52,822 nucleotides of DNA from assembly GCA_913009635.1 (NCBI GenBank), contig CAJVXI010000003.1, forward strand, positions 1-52,822, read 5' to 3'. The position numbers and the translations under genes were made by a program. A model generated the notes under the pieces. The model was not told the DNA's origin and did no database searches. It saw only the letters and a list, made by a program, of their open reading frames with translations. Below are positions 28,756-38,695 of the stretch, in pieces. The DNA is from an uncultured bacterium. Lineage in GTDB: Bacteria; Patescibacteriota; Minisyncoccia; UBA6257; UBA9933. Each line of letters starts with the position of its first letter. Positions within the stretch are counted from its first letter, which is position 1.

Positions 28756-29240
28756 TTAATAGAACGTTGATTAGCTTTATCTCCATATCCAAAATTTATC
28801 CAAATCACATCTCTTGGTAGTATCTTCCTTATTTTATCCGCCCATTCAATTAAAACAATGTTTTGAGAATCACCAACAATATCTTTAAATCCGAGCTTCA
28901 ACATCTCAGTCGGCTTATGAATCCTATAACAATCAATATGGTGTGCTAGTTTATAGTTTATAGTTTTTAGCCCCGAGGTTTTATTCGAGGCTCCGACTTT
29001 ACGTCGGAGTTTATAGTTTTTAATTAAAACGAAGGTGGGGCTAGTGATTCTTTTTTTTATTCCTAAAGCTCTTAAAAATCCCTGAACAAAAGTTGTTTTT
29101 CCTGAGCCCAAATCGCCTATTAAAGCCAAAACCAGAGCGTTTTTACGAGAATCTTTTTTAATAAGTTTTTTAACTAAAAATTTTGCGGTTTTTTTAGTTT
29201 GATTAGTTGAAGAAGAAATTTGAAAAAGTAATTTAGGCAT
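28725..29240 (-). CDS. tsaE: tRNA threonylcarbamoyladenosine ATPase TsaE
   Basis: GDLGSGKTTF, SPTFVL, HIDCYRI, IEWADKI. Confidence 0.95.
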   Translation of the reverse strand: MPKLLFQISSSTNQTKKTAKFLVKKLIKKDSRKNALVLALIGDLGSGKTTFVQGFLRALGIKKRITSPTFVLIKNYKLRRKVGASNKTSGLKTINYKLAHHIDCYRIHKPTEMLKLGFKDIVGDSQNIVLIEWADKIRKILPRDVIWINFGYGDKANQRSINVKFKNQKLK

Positions 29241-29742
29241 TGTCTTCTTTATTTTTTTTAATAACTGCCACAGCTAAAAAAGATAAAATTAAGCATATTG
29301 CCAAGCCAATAAATAAAATATTTAAATCAAACGACTGATTGCTCGGTAAATTAACTATTTGCGAAACAAGGGCAGAATTTTGAGTTGAATCTTCAATATT
29401 TATCAGATCTCTATCTTTGGTAATAATTTCATCCTCGCTAACAATGTCGGAAAAACCCAATTGGTCAACTAAAGTATTATTCTTATCAAAAAGAAACAAT
29501 GTTTCTCCTTTATTATTTAAATAAATTTTTGTAGTTTTGTAATCAAGAATTAAATATTCGCCCGACTTAATGCTTAAATCGTTAAAATAAAAAACCTTGC
29601 CTGAAACATCTTTTATATACCAATCAGCAAGGTTAATTTCTTTACTGCCATTATTAAACAACTTTATCCATTCTCCGTCAGTGTCTTTTCCGGCTGGATT
29701 GGGAAGAAATTCTTTGATAATCACAGTTGCCTCATACTTCAT
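29233..29742 (-). CDS. Lamin-tail-domain membrane protein
   Basis: EFLPNPAG.D..EWIKL.N, LNNKGE; C-terminal TM. Confidence 0.8.
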   Translation of the reverse strand: MKYEATVIIKEFLPNPAGKDTDGEWIKLFNNGSKEINLADWYIKDVSGKVFYFNDLSIKSGEYLILDYKTTKIYLNNKGETLFLFDKNNTLVDQLGFSDIVSEDEIITKDRDLINIEDSTQNSALVSQIVNLPSNQSFDLNILFIGLAICLILSFLAVAVIKKNKEDNA

Positions 29743-30730
29743 GCTTCACATTTCTTAAATGTTTATACGCTTTCTCGGTAGCGACTCTTCCTGAAGAAGT
29801 TCTTTGAATCATGCCTATTCTTATCAAATATGGTTCAAAAACTTCTTCTATTATTTCCTTATCTTCTCCGATAGCAGCTGCTAAATTACTTGCTCCAACT
29901 GGACCACCGTTAAATTTCTTAATAATGGCTTCTAAGAGCTGGCGGTCTGCGATCTCTAACCCTATTTTGTCAATTTCTAAAAGATTTAAAGTTTTATAGG
30001 CAGTTTCAGAATCAATCATATTTATATTATTTACTTCCGCGAAATCCCGACTGCGTTTAAGCAAACGATTGGCTATTCTTGGCGTAAAACGGGAAGCATT
30101 TGCAATTATTGAAACCGCCCCCAAATCAATTCCTATTCCCAAAATTTCGGCCGAACGCTTAATAATAATCTCTATGTCTTTAACTTCATAATAATCAAGG
30201 CGGAAAGCGGCCCCAAAACGGGAACGAAGAGGAGAAGATAAAAGATTTGGACGAGTAGTGGCGGCAATTAAGGTAAAAGGAGGAAGGTCCAAACAAATCG
30301 TTCTGCTCGCGGGTCCCTTGCCAATAATAATATGAATTTTTCTGCTTTCCATTGCCGGATAAAGCGCTTCTTCTATCACCCTATTAAGCCGATGCGCCTC
30401 ATCAATAAAAAGAATATCTCCATTTTCCAAATTAGAAAGAGTGGCTACAATATCTCCGACTTTTTCCAAAGTTGGTCCGGACGCTATCTTTAAATTAGCG
30501 TTCATTTCTTTGGCAATTAAATTAGCTAAAGTAGTTTTACCCAATCCAGCTTGGCCATAGAATAACAAATGGTCGCTTGATTCGTTTCTTTTCTTAGCGG
30601 CTGCTAAAATAACTCTCAGGCCTTTTTTTATATGTTCTTGACCTATATAATCCTGCCAAGAGCTGGGTCTAAGCATTGAATCTATTACCTGGTCGTCTTT
30701 ATTTGTTTTTGCAATTGATTTTTTCGGCAT
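29732..30730 (-). CDS. ruvB: Holliday junction helicase RuvB
   Basis: LRP..YIGQ, GLGKTTLA, FIDEAHRL, GGPVG, EPYL. Confidence 0.97.
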   Translation of the reverse strand: MPKKSIAKTNKDDQVIDSMLRPSSWQDYIGQEHIKKGLRVILAAAKKRNESSDHLLFYGQAGLGKTTLANLIAKEMNANLKIASGPTLEKVGDIVATLSNLENGDILFIDEAHRLNRVIEEALYPAMESRKIHIIIGKGPASRTICLDLPPFTLIAATTRPNLLSSPLRSRFGAAFRLDYYEVKDIEIIIKRSAEILGIGIDLGAVSIIANASRFTPRIANRLLKRSRDFAEVNNINMIDSETAYKTLNLLEIDKIGLEIADRQLLEAIIKKFNGGPVGASNLAAAIGEDKEIIEEVFEPYLIRIGMIQRTSSGRVATEKAYKHLRNVKHEV

Positions 30731-30771
30731 ATTGAGTATTATAGATTTTTTACCCCGCTCTTTAAAGGGGG

Positions 30772-30800
30772 TTGACAAAATAGTTATTTTATGCTAATTT
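30772..30800 (+). promoter_or_regulatory. Sigma70-like promoter facing a non-coding structured region
   Basis: TTGACA-17bp-TAATTT with TG extended -10. Confidence 0.55.
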
Positions 30801-30809
30801 AATATTAAC

Positions 30810-30980
30810 AGACAGTGCGATGCCACAATAAGAAACCGCTGTTCTGTGGGTAAACGGAGTTTTTTTAGTTATGGATTGTCTGGTTCCGACTGGATAATTC
30901 CTCGAAAAAACTCTGAATCTTCTATTAATTTACGAAGACCACATTGTTTACAATGCCCACAGAATAGCGGTTTTTTGCCA
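30810..30980 (+). ncRNA. Candidate structured ncRNA
   Basis: 18-bp closing stem 30833-30850/30956-30973 enclosing two hairpins with G-U pairs; no ORF. Confidence 0.4.
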
Positions 30981-31005
30981 TAATTTTACCCCGTTAGATA
31001 GAAAA

Positions 31006-31262
31006 TTATGCATCATTTTCGTCATTTTTTAATCTATGTTTTAAATATCTTTTACCCCAGGCTGTTTTAAGATATTTTTCACGATGAACAGCATCTTTAA
31101 TATTATTACTATTCTCACAGTACATAAATTTTAATGGTCTTCTGTCTTTAGTGCTTTCTACCCTTCCTTTATTATGCTCATTAAACGTCCTTTTAGATCT
31201 TCTGTTCTTCCAATATAGAAACCATTATCTTTTAGACTTTTCAAAACATATACGTGATGCAT
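31006..31262 (-). pseudogene. Frameshifted GIY-YIG nuclease flanked by inverted repeats
   Basis: MHHVYVLKSLKDNGFYIGRTEDL then frameshifts, resuming STKDRRPL..REKYLKTAWGKRYLK; IRs at 30984-31008 and 31262-31284. Confidence 0.85.
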
Positions 31263-31323
31263 AATTTTCATCTAATAGGGTAAAGGTTTTGTTCCTCCGA
31301 CGTTTCGTCGGAGACAAAGCCCC

Positions 31324-32988
31324 TTACCATTCAATTAGTCCCGTGGTTCGCTTTATCTCTTCAAAAGTTGTCAATCCAGAGACAACTTTCAAAATTCCAT
31401 CTTGTTGTATTGTAATCATTCCGCTAGCAACCGCAATTTTTTTAATTTCAGACCCAACCACTTCCTGGGCAATTATTTTTTCTAATTCTTTATCCATTAA
31501 AAGAAATTCAAAAATTCCAATTCTTCCCTTGTATCCTAAATCACTGCACTTATCACAACCCTTAGATTGAAAAATTTTAATTTCTTTATATTTATTCTTA
31601 TCAATTTTATCGGGTAATTTTTCTATAAATCTCTTAATCTTTTTTTCTAATTCCTTATCAACTTTTTGAGAAATTTTACAATCCTGACAAAGTTGTCTTA
31701 CCAAACGCTGGGCAATAATTAAATTAAGGGCTGGCGCAATAATTGATGGTTTAACGCCTATGTCAATTAATCGCGGAACAGCTCCTGAAGCTTGATTAGT
31801 ATGAAGAGTGGAAAAAACCAAATGGCCAGTTAAGGCCGCGTGCATAGCAATTTCTGCGGTTTCCAAATCGCGAATCTCGCCAACTAAAATCATATCCGGA
31901 TCCTGACGCAAAATCGAACGTAAACCGCCTGCGAATGTATAGCCAGTTTCAGGATCAACTTGAGTTTGCTCAACTCCCTCAAGATGGTATTCAATTGGAT
32001 CTTCGATGGTAATAGTTTTAATCTCCGATTTTTGAGTATGTTTTAAAAAAGCGTAAAGCGTAGTTGTTTTGCCGGAACCAGTTGGTCCAGTATTAAGAAT
32101 CATCCCATTGGGCCTGCCTAATTCTTTTTCAATAATTTCTAAATCATCGCTTCTAAATCCCAACTCCTTAAGACCCACCTGAATAGATTCTGGGTCAAGA
32201 ATTCTTAAAACAATGGTTTCTCCGTATTCCGAGGGAAGAATTGATGTCCTAATTTCAATATCTTTATCAGGAAGAGCAATAGTGAAACGTCCATCTTGAG
32301 GTTCATTGTGTATGTTTAATTTTAATCTGGAAAGTAATTTGATTCGTGAAACTAAATATAAATAATCATGTTTTTTAAATTTACTAAAAACATCGTGCAG
32401 CAAACCGTCAATTCTTAGGCGTAGTTTTACCTGCTCTTCTCCCGGTTCAAAATGAATGTCCGAAGCCCTATTGGCTAATGCGCCTGCTAAAATAACTTCA
32501 AAAATTTCGGCTGTTTTTATGCCTTCTTTGTCTGCTTTTTCAAACGATATTTTTATACTTTCTAATGAAGTAAGAACTTCTTTAAGTTTTGCCAATTTCT
32601 CTTCTTCTATCTCTACCTTGCCAGTAATCTGTGTTGACTTCTTAAAAACGAATTTATAAAAACTCCATGCATATTTCAAGCCAATTAAAGAAACAACAAA
32701 AATAGAAACCTGATATCCTTTTGATTCAAAATCTTTAATTATTTTTTTTGTTTCAAGGGTGTTTGGATCAAAAACCGCTAAAGCCATTTTCTTTTTTTTG
32801 GCTTCAATAGCCGCGACTTTTATTTTTTTAGCTGTTTCTTCCGCAATCAGGCCCAATGCCTTAATATTAACCGGCGAGATGGTTAAATTAATGTACTCGT
32901 AATTACTTTTTTGAGCTCGACGCTGAGCCGCTCTTTCCTCGGCGCCTCGCCGCATTTGCGCTAATTTTTCTTTAATGTTATTTATCAT
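31324..32988 (-). CDS. GspE/PilB type IV pilus assembly ATPase
   Basis: ASDIHFEP, GPTGSGKTTT, TIEDPIEY, LRQDPD, TGHLVFSTLHTN, CxxC pairs. Confidence 0.93.
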   Translation of the reverse strand: MINNIKEKLAQMRRGAEERAAQRRAQKSNYEYINLTISPVNIKALGLIAEETAKKIKVAAIEAKKKKMALAVFDPNTLETKKIIKDFESKGYQVSIFVVSLIGLKYAWSFYKFVFKKSTQITGKVEIEEEKLAKLKEVLTSLESIKISFEKADKEGIKTAEIFEVILAGALANRASDIHFEPGEEQVKLRLRIDGLLHDVFSKFKKHDYLYLVSRIKLLSRLKLNIHNEPQDGRFTIALPDKDIEIRTSILPSEYGETIVLRILDPESIQVGLKELGFRSDDLEIIEKELGRPNGMILNTGPTGSGKTTTLYAFLKHTQKSEIKTITIEDPIEYHLEGVEQTQVDPETGYTFAGGLRSILRQDPDMILVGEIRDLETAEIAMHAALTGHLVFSTLHTNQASGAVPRLIDIGVKPSIIAPALNLIIAQRLVRQLCQDCKISQKVDKELEKKIKRFIEKLPDKIDKNKYKEIKIFQSKGCDKCSDLGYKGRIGIFEFLLMDKELEKIIAQEVVGSEIKKIAVASGMITIQQDGILKVVSGLTTFEEIKRTTGLIEW

Positions 32989-33118
32989 AAACATAGAAAC
33001 GAATCCTCGCAAATCAATATGCGAACCTTCACGAAATTTCGCATTAATATTCGCAACTTTTCGCTTCTAAATTATATTATACATTATCTTATAAATTTTG
33101 GGAGGTTTAAACTTCGAG

Positions 33119-33146
33119 TTGACAGATGTCAAAAAATGTGTATAAT
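33119..33146 (+). promoter_or_regulatory. Sigma70 promoter
   Basis: TTGACA-16bp-TATAAT; AGGAGGT SD at 33192-33198. Confidence 0.75.
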
Positions 33147-33203
33147 TACAAATAAGAACCTTAATAAAATAATACAAACATTGAACTTAGTAGGAGGTGT
33201 ATA

Positions 33204-33641
33204 GTGAGAAAATTATTGGTTGTAAGTTATTGGTTATTAGTTGTTGGCTTATTGGCTGGATGCGCTACTACAACAGCTACTACAACAAAAGGAAGTGTGT
33301 ATTATCCACCTGATTGCTCTACGTTTTCGGCAAGTGGCGAACAGGCCGCTTGCGAAAAAGGCAAGTCCGACGAAGCAGCGCGTGTTCAAAAAATACGCGA
33401 AATGGCGGCCTATAACTATGGCAAAACCGGACATTATGGTGGGTATAATAATTATGGTTATAATAACTACTCGCCATCCAACTACTGGCCAATCCTGTCA
33501 GTAAGAATAAAGACATGGAGCTATAGCCCAAAAAATTGGAGTAACCGATGGAGAAATAGGCATCATAAACACAATCGCCCACCTTACAATTATGACTATA
33601 ATTGCAACGGATTTCTTCGTTACACTCCGCATTGTAATTAA
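33204..33641 (+). CDS. Lipoprotein, Tyr/Asn-rich
   Basis: Signal peptide with LAGC lipobox; strong SD. Confidence 0.75.
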   Translation: MRKLLVVSYWLLVVGLLAGCATTTATTTKGSVYYPPDCSTFSASGEQAACEKGKSDEAARVQKIREMAAYNYGKTGHYGGYNNYGYNNYSPSNYWPILSVRIKTWSYSPKNWSNRWRNRHHKHNRPPYNYDYNCNGFLRYTPHCN

Positions 33642-33655
33642 TTTAACTGCCTTCT

Positions 33656-33690
33656 GGCCCTATTTAATAAATAGGGCCTTATTTTTTTTC
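33656..33690 (+). terminator. Rho-independent terminator
   Basis: GGCCCTATTT..AAATAGGGCC followed by T-run. Confidence 0.8.
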
Positions 33691-33763
33691 TTGAATATTA
33701 AATCTAAAAATTATAAACTATAAACTAGTCAACTAATCAACTGGTTAACTAATTAATTAAACT

Positions 33764-34378
33764 ATGGCAGGTCATTCTCATTGGGCAGGAATTAAACATA
33801 AAAAAGGGTTAACTGATCAAAAACGCAGTCAGTTATTTTCTAAATTATTAAAAATGGTTACAATTACCGCTCGTCAAGAACCCAATCCCAAATTTAATTC
33901 CCAGCTCCGAACGGCTATTGAAAAAGCAAAAGAGAATAATGTTCCGCAAAACAATATTGAGCGGGCAATCAAACGCGCTTCAGAGATAGGCGAAAATCTG
34001 GAAGAATTAATTATTGGAGCATACGGCCCAGAAGGCACAACAATGCTTATTGAGGTGGTGACCGACAATAAAAATCGGGCTGTCGCGGAAATTAAAAAAA
34101 TATTAAATGACAATAACGCTAAATGGGCAAAGTCCGGTTCAATCCAATGGGCGTTCAAACACACCACAGACCCATACAGACCCAACACAGACTCATATAG
34201 AAAAGAAAAAATCGGTCAGTATAAGTCTGCGTCAAATCCGTGTGAGTCTGCGAAAAGGTGGCAGGCAAAATTTAAACATAAAATACCGGTTGAAATAAAA
34301 GAAAAAATCCAAAATCTGATTAAAGAACTGGAAAATCACGGCGACGTACAACAAATAACCACAAACGCTGAATTATGA
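33764..34378 (+). CDS. yebC: YebC/PmpR family protein with an in-frame repeat insertion
   Basis: MAGHSHWAGIKHKK, YGPEG, TDNKNRA. Confidence 0.93.
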   Translation: MAGHSHWAGIKHKKGLTDQKRSQLFSKLLKMVTITARQEPNPKFNSQLRTAIEKAKENNVPQNNIERAIKRASEIGENLEELIIGAYGPEGTTMLIEVVTDNKNRAVAEIKKILNDNNAKWAKSGSIQWAFKHTTDPYRPNTDSYRKEKIGQYKSASNPCESAKRWQAKFKHKIPVEIKEKIQNLIKELENHGDVQQITTNAEL

Positions 34379-34455
34379 ATCTTGAATTATAAATTATGGT
34401 AAATATAGATTCTTAATCCATAATTCGTTCTTCATGCTTCATACTTCATAATTCT

Positions 34456-34950
34456 ATGTTAATACTAGGCATTGACCCGGGCAGCACAAGAGTTGGTTAT
34501 GGCATAATTAAAAAAGACGGCAACGAATTTAGCTTTGTTAAAAGCGGACTCTTGAAAATTATCTCAAAAAATAAAAATCTCCGTCTTTTAGAATTAGAAA
34601 AATCTTTCAGAAAACTACTTGAACAACATAAACCGGATATCGTTGCTTTAGAAAAGCTTTTTTTTGTTAAAAATCTAAAAACAGGTCTGGAGGTAGCTCA
34701 AGCACGAGGGGTATTGACATTATTGGCTGTCCAACGCAAAATACCCATATTAGAATATACGCCTTCAGAAATTAAGCTAAATGTCGCGGGTTATGGCTCA
34801 GCCGACAAAAAAGCAGTAGCTAAAATGGTTGTTAAAATTTTGAAACTTGACGAAATAAATGGACCAGATGATATTAGCGATGCTTTAGCAATCGCCCTAA
34901 CAGCCGCCAATAATTATAAATTCCAAATTCCCTTACTCGACTTCACATAG
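34456..34950 (+). CDS. ruvC: Crossover junction endodeoxyribonuclease RuvC
   Basis: ILGIDPG, EKLFF, VAQARGV, GYGSADK, DDISDALA. Confidence 0.96.
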   Translation: MLILGIDPGSTRVGYGIIKKDGNEFSFVKSGLLKIISKNKNLRLLELEKSFRKLLEQHKPDIVALEKLFFVKNLKTGLEVAQARGVLTLLAVQRKIPILEYTPSEIKLNVAGYGSADKKAVAKMVVKILKLDEINGPDDISDALAIALTAANNYKFQIPLLDFT

Positions 34951-35087
34951 GCAAAATCCAGGCAGGCAGGCAAACACCAAATAATAAATCCTTTGCCCCG
35001 AGAATTTCTAGGTTAAGGGGCAATGCTCAATTACTAAAACATGTTCGAAATTTTAATAAAAAGGTCGTTTTTACTTAATTTGTAAAT

Positions 35088-35213
35088 ATGGCAACAGATA
35101 ATAAAGATTTAATTGGCGAAACTTGTAATGAATGCGGAGAAGAATTATCTATGGATGGAACCTGTCGTATTTGTTCTCCAAACGAAAGCGAAGATAAAAA
35201 CCTCGTTAGATAG
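35088..35213 (+). CDS. 41-aa Zn-finger microprotein (not in ORF track)
   Basis: MATDNKDLIGETCNECGEELSMDGTCRICSPNESEDKNLVR*. Confidence 0.55.
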   Translation: MATDNKDLIGETCNECGEELSMDGTCRICSPNESEDKNLVR

Positions 35214-35231
35214 CTATCTAACGAGGTTTTT
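35196..35231. repeat. 36-bp perfect palindrome (family G, no gene)
   Basis: AAAAACCTCGTTAGATAG-CTATCTAACGAGGTTTTT. Confidence 0.9.
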
Positions 35232-35406
35232 GATATGCTTATAACATGCACCCAGTTGAGAATTTCAAAAAATATTAAGCACATAAAGAACTATTTTGAT
35301 TAACGCAAAAGCATTTACTTGGAATGGGACTATAAATTATTAATATAGAAAATGAGGTTTTAAATATAATCTAATATTTACGTTTGAAATTCCTCTACTA
35401 GTAAGT

Positions 35407-37569
35407 ATGAAAAAAAAGAAAAAATTATTGCTTAAAATTATCGGCTTATTTTTTTTAATAATTTTTGGCTTGCTTCTTATAGGATTAACCCTATTAGCCA
35501 GGATGGCTAAAGAACTTCCAAACCCAGAACAATTCGTTAATCGTCAAATTACTCAATCAACCAAAATTTATGACCGCACTGGCGAAACTTTGCTTTATGA
35601 AATTCACGGCGAAGAAAAAAGAACAATTATTCCTTTTGAGGAAATTCCAAAGTATGCAAAACAAGCCGCTATCGCCATTGAAGACCAAAATTTTTATACT
35701 CATCCGGCTTTTGACTGGCGATCCATAATTAGAGCGCTATTTGTTAATCTATTAAAAGGCAGAGTAGTTCAAGGCGGTTCAACTATTACACAGCAATTAG
35801 CTAAAAATGCTTTTTTAACTCCGGAACGAACTTTTTCCAGAAAACTTAAAGAGTTGATTCTATCTTATTGGCTGGAACGACGATATTCGAAAGACGAAAT
35901 TTTCAATCTTTATCTTAATCAAATTCCTTATGGCGCCAATGCTTATGGAATTGAAGCAGCTAGCCAAACCTACTTCAACAAACCGGCCAAAGAATTAAGC
36001 TTAGCTGAAGCAGCTATTTTAGCCGCTCTTCCTAAGGCGCCCTCTTATTATTCTCCATGGGGAACTCACGTTGACGAATTAAAAAATAGAAAAAATTACA
36101 TCCTAAGTCAGATGTTTGAATTAAAATTCATTGATAAAGAAGAGAAAATCCGCAGTCAAAACAAGGAGTTAAAATTCACCTCACCGAATATCGGCTCGAT
36201 AAAAGCGCCTCATTTTGTAATGATGGTAAGAGAATATTTAAATAATAAATACGGGGAAGAAACAATAGAAAGGGGAGGGTTAAAAATAATAACCACTTTA
36301 GACTGGCCGCTTCAAGAAATTGCCGAAAAGGCAGTGAGAGAGGGAGCTGAACGAAATGAAGAATTATATAAAGGGAAAAATTCGGCTTTGGTTGCTCAAG
36401 ACGCCAAAACGGGTCAAATTCTCGCGTTAGTTGGTTCCCGTGACTATTTTGATATTGAAAATGAAGGGAATTTCAATGTTGCAAGCCAAGGATTAAGACA
36501 ACCTGGTTCGTCTTTTAAGCCCTTTGCCTATATCACGGCATTTAAAAAAGGCTATTCGCCGGAAACAGTTATTTTTGACTTACCAACTGAATTTGATACC
36601 AGCAATAATCCCCTTAAAAGCTATCGGCCGGAAAATTTTGACCAAAAATTCCGTGGGCCGGTAACTTTTCGCCAGGGTCTGGCTCAATCAATTAATTTAC
36701 CATCTGTAAAAACGCTTTATCTTGCCGGTATTGATGACACCATCAAAACAGCTCAGGATTTCGGCATTACTACCTTAAAACAGCGTAATCGCTATGGCCT
36801 TTCTTTGGTTTTGGGTGGCGGCGAAATAAAACTTATTGAAATGGTTGGCGCTTATTCAGTTTTTAGCCAAGAAGGCATAAAACACAAACAAACTTTAATT
36901 TTAAAAATAGAAGATTCTAAGGGAATTATTTTAGAAAAATATATAGATCAAGCTACCAGAGTAATTGAACCTCAATTTGCTAAATTGATTAATGATATTC
37001 TTTCTGACCAAGAAACCCGAAAAGGTCTTTTCCAGAACAGTTTTAATCTTACGGTGTTCCCAGACCGCGAAGTAGCTCTTAAAACCGGTACTTCTAATGA
37101 CTATAAAGATGCCTGGGCCTTTGGCTATACGCCATCTTTTGTTGTCGGTATTTGGGCTGGCAACAATAATAATCAACCAATGCAAAAACATGGCAGTAGT
37201 ATTTTAGCGGCAGTTCCAATTTGGCATAATTTCTTAAACAAAGCTCTTATCAATCAGCCGTTTGAATCATTTAATAAACCTGAACCAATATTCCAAGTTA
37301 AGCCGACTTTAAGAGGAGAATATATTATATATTATAAATTAGGCGATGAAATTTTTCCTCAAATTCATAATATTCTTTATTATGTAAATAAAGATGATCC
37401 GACTGGACCGGAACCGCAAAATCCAGAACAAAATTCACAATTTAAAAATTGGGAAGAACCAGTTTTATTATGGATTAAAAATAATATCGCAGAATTTGAG
37501 CAATATAATAAACCAATACCAGATAACGCTTATTTAATAGAAGCCCCAACATCAACCATTAGTTATTGA
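35407..37569 (+). CDS. Class A penicillin-binding protein (PBP1A family)
   Basis: AIEDQNF, QGGSTITQQL, RKLKE, GSSFKP, SIN, KTGT. Confidence 0.95.
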   Translation: MKKKKKLLLKIIGLFFLIIFGLLLIGLTLLARMAKELPNPEQFVNRQITQSTKIYDRTGETLLYEIHGEEKRTIIPFEEIPKYAKQAAIAIEDQNFYTHPAFDWRSIIRALFVNLLKGRVVQGGSTITQQLAKNAFLTPERTFSRKLKELILSYWLERRYSKDEIFNLYLNQIPYGANAYGIEAASQTYFNKPAKELSLAEAAILAALPKAPSYYSPWGTHVDELKNRKNYILSQMFELKFIDKEEKIRSQNKELKFTSPNIGSIKAPHFVMMVREYLNNKYGEETIERGGLKIITTLDWPLQEIAEKAVREGAERNEELYKGKNSALVAQDAKTGQILALVGSRDYFDIENEGNFNVASQGLRQPGSSFKPFAYITAFKKGYSPETVIFDLPTEFDTSNNPLKSYRPENFDQKFRGPVTFRQGLAQSINLPSVKTLYLAGIDDTIKTAQDFGITTLKQRNRYGLSLVLGGGEIKLIEMVGAYSVFSQEGIKHKQTLILKIEDSKGIILEKYIDQATRVIEPQFAKLINDILSDQETRKGLFQNSFNLTVFPDREVALKTGTSNDYKDAWAFGYTPSFVVGIWAGNNNNQPMQKHGSSILAAVPIWHNFLNKALINQPFESFNKPEPIFQVKPTLRGEYIIYYKLGDEIFPQIHNILYYVNKDDPTGPEPQNPEQNSQFKNWEEPVLLWIKNNIAEFEQYNKPIPDNAYLIEAPTSTISY

Positions 37570-37579
37570 TTAAACCAAC

Positions 37580-38695
37580 TCAACTGGATTTTATTGGCAT
37601 TATAATATAAAAATATGATATGTCATCCGGCGATTTAATTACTGCCGGTTTATTGTTGCCATTTAATCCAATAACAACATCTTCTGAATTTAAGTTTTTA
37701 AGTCCGTCCAAAAGAAAGCGCCAATTAAAAACAATTTCTAAGGATGGCCCTTTAATTTTAGCGGGAATTAAGTATTGATTTTCTCCTACGCCTTGACCAG
37801 TGGAATAAACTTCAATATTTTTTGTTTTTTCTTTAATACTTATTTTTATTTCACTAAGCCGGTCAATAAAAGTGCTTGTAAGTTTTACGGCATTAATTAA
37901 TTGTTCTCTGTTAATAATTATTTCTGTTTCTGTTGATTCTGGAATAATCGCTTGATAATCGGGGAAATCCCCGCTAATTAATCGTGAAATAATTTCTAAG
38001 TCATTATTTTTAAATAAAACTTGATTAGCATCAAAATAAATTAAAATTTTATCATCGTTTTCTTTAATTATTCGTATTACTTCTTGAATAGTTTTTAATG
38101 GAATAATTGTTTTAAGTTGTTTGTTAATTTGGGTTTTAAATTGATTATTGGAAATTGTTTTTTCTGACAATCTAAAACTATCAGTTGCCGCTAATTTAAG
38201 TGAATTGATTTGAAAATCAAAAAACACGCCGTTAAGTTCTGGCCTAATATTAGACATTTGAGCGGCACTAATTATTGAACATAAAGATTGTTTTAATATT
38301 GATGTTGAAATTTCTAAAAAATTTTGTTCGTTGTTAATTTTTGGTATAATTGGAAATTCCTCTTTTTTAATTCCTTGAATTTTAGCCTGATAATTATCGG
38401 TTTTAATTATTAAATTATTATTTTTAACTTCTAAATTAATTCTTTCTGTTTGAAGATTATTAATTATTGAACTAAAAATATTAATTGGAATTGTTAATCC
38501 ACCTTCTTCAATTATTTTTCCTGAAATAAAATTAGTAATGGCTAATTCTAAATTTGTTGCTGATAATTTAATTTTATTATCTGTGGTTTCAATTAAAAAA
38601 TTTTTTAAAATTGGCAAATTTAAATTTTCTCCGACAATTTTATCAATTTTATTTAATCCCTCTTTTAAGTTACTTCTAAGTATTATTAATTTCAT
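37580..38695 (-). CDS. dnaN: DNA polymerase III beta clamp
   Basis: ATNLE, RPELNGV, ATDSFRL, FPDY, IIMPIK. Confidence 0.97.
   Translation of the reverse strand: MKLIILRSNLKEGLNKIDKIVGENLNLPILKNFLIETTDNKIKLSATNLELAITNFISGKIIEEGGLTIPINIFSSIINNLQTERINLEVKNNNLIIKTDNYQAKIQGIKKEEFPIIPKINNEQNFLEISTSILKQSLCSIISAAQMSNIRPELNGVFFDFQINSLKLAATDSFRLSEKTISNNQFKTQINKQLKTIIPLKTIQEVIRIIKENDDKILIYFDANQVLFKNNDLEIISRLISGDFPDYQAIIPESTETEIIINREQLINAVKLTSTFIDRLSEIKISIKEKTKNIEVYSTGQGVGENQYLIPAKIKGPSLEIVFNWRFLLDGLKNLNSEDVVIGLNGNNKPAVIKSPDDISYFYIIMPIKSS

Noticed and set aside
30860-30981. Small Cys-containing ORF such as L31
   Set aside because: The ATG frame stops after 18 codons and the Cys frame has no start; RNA structure explains the region better
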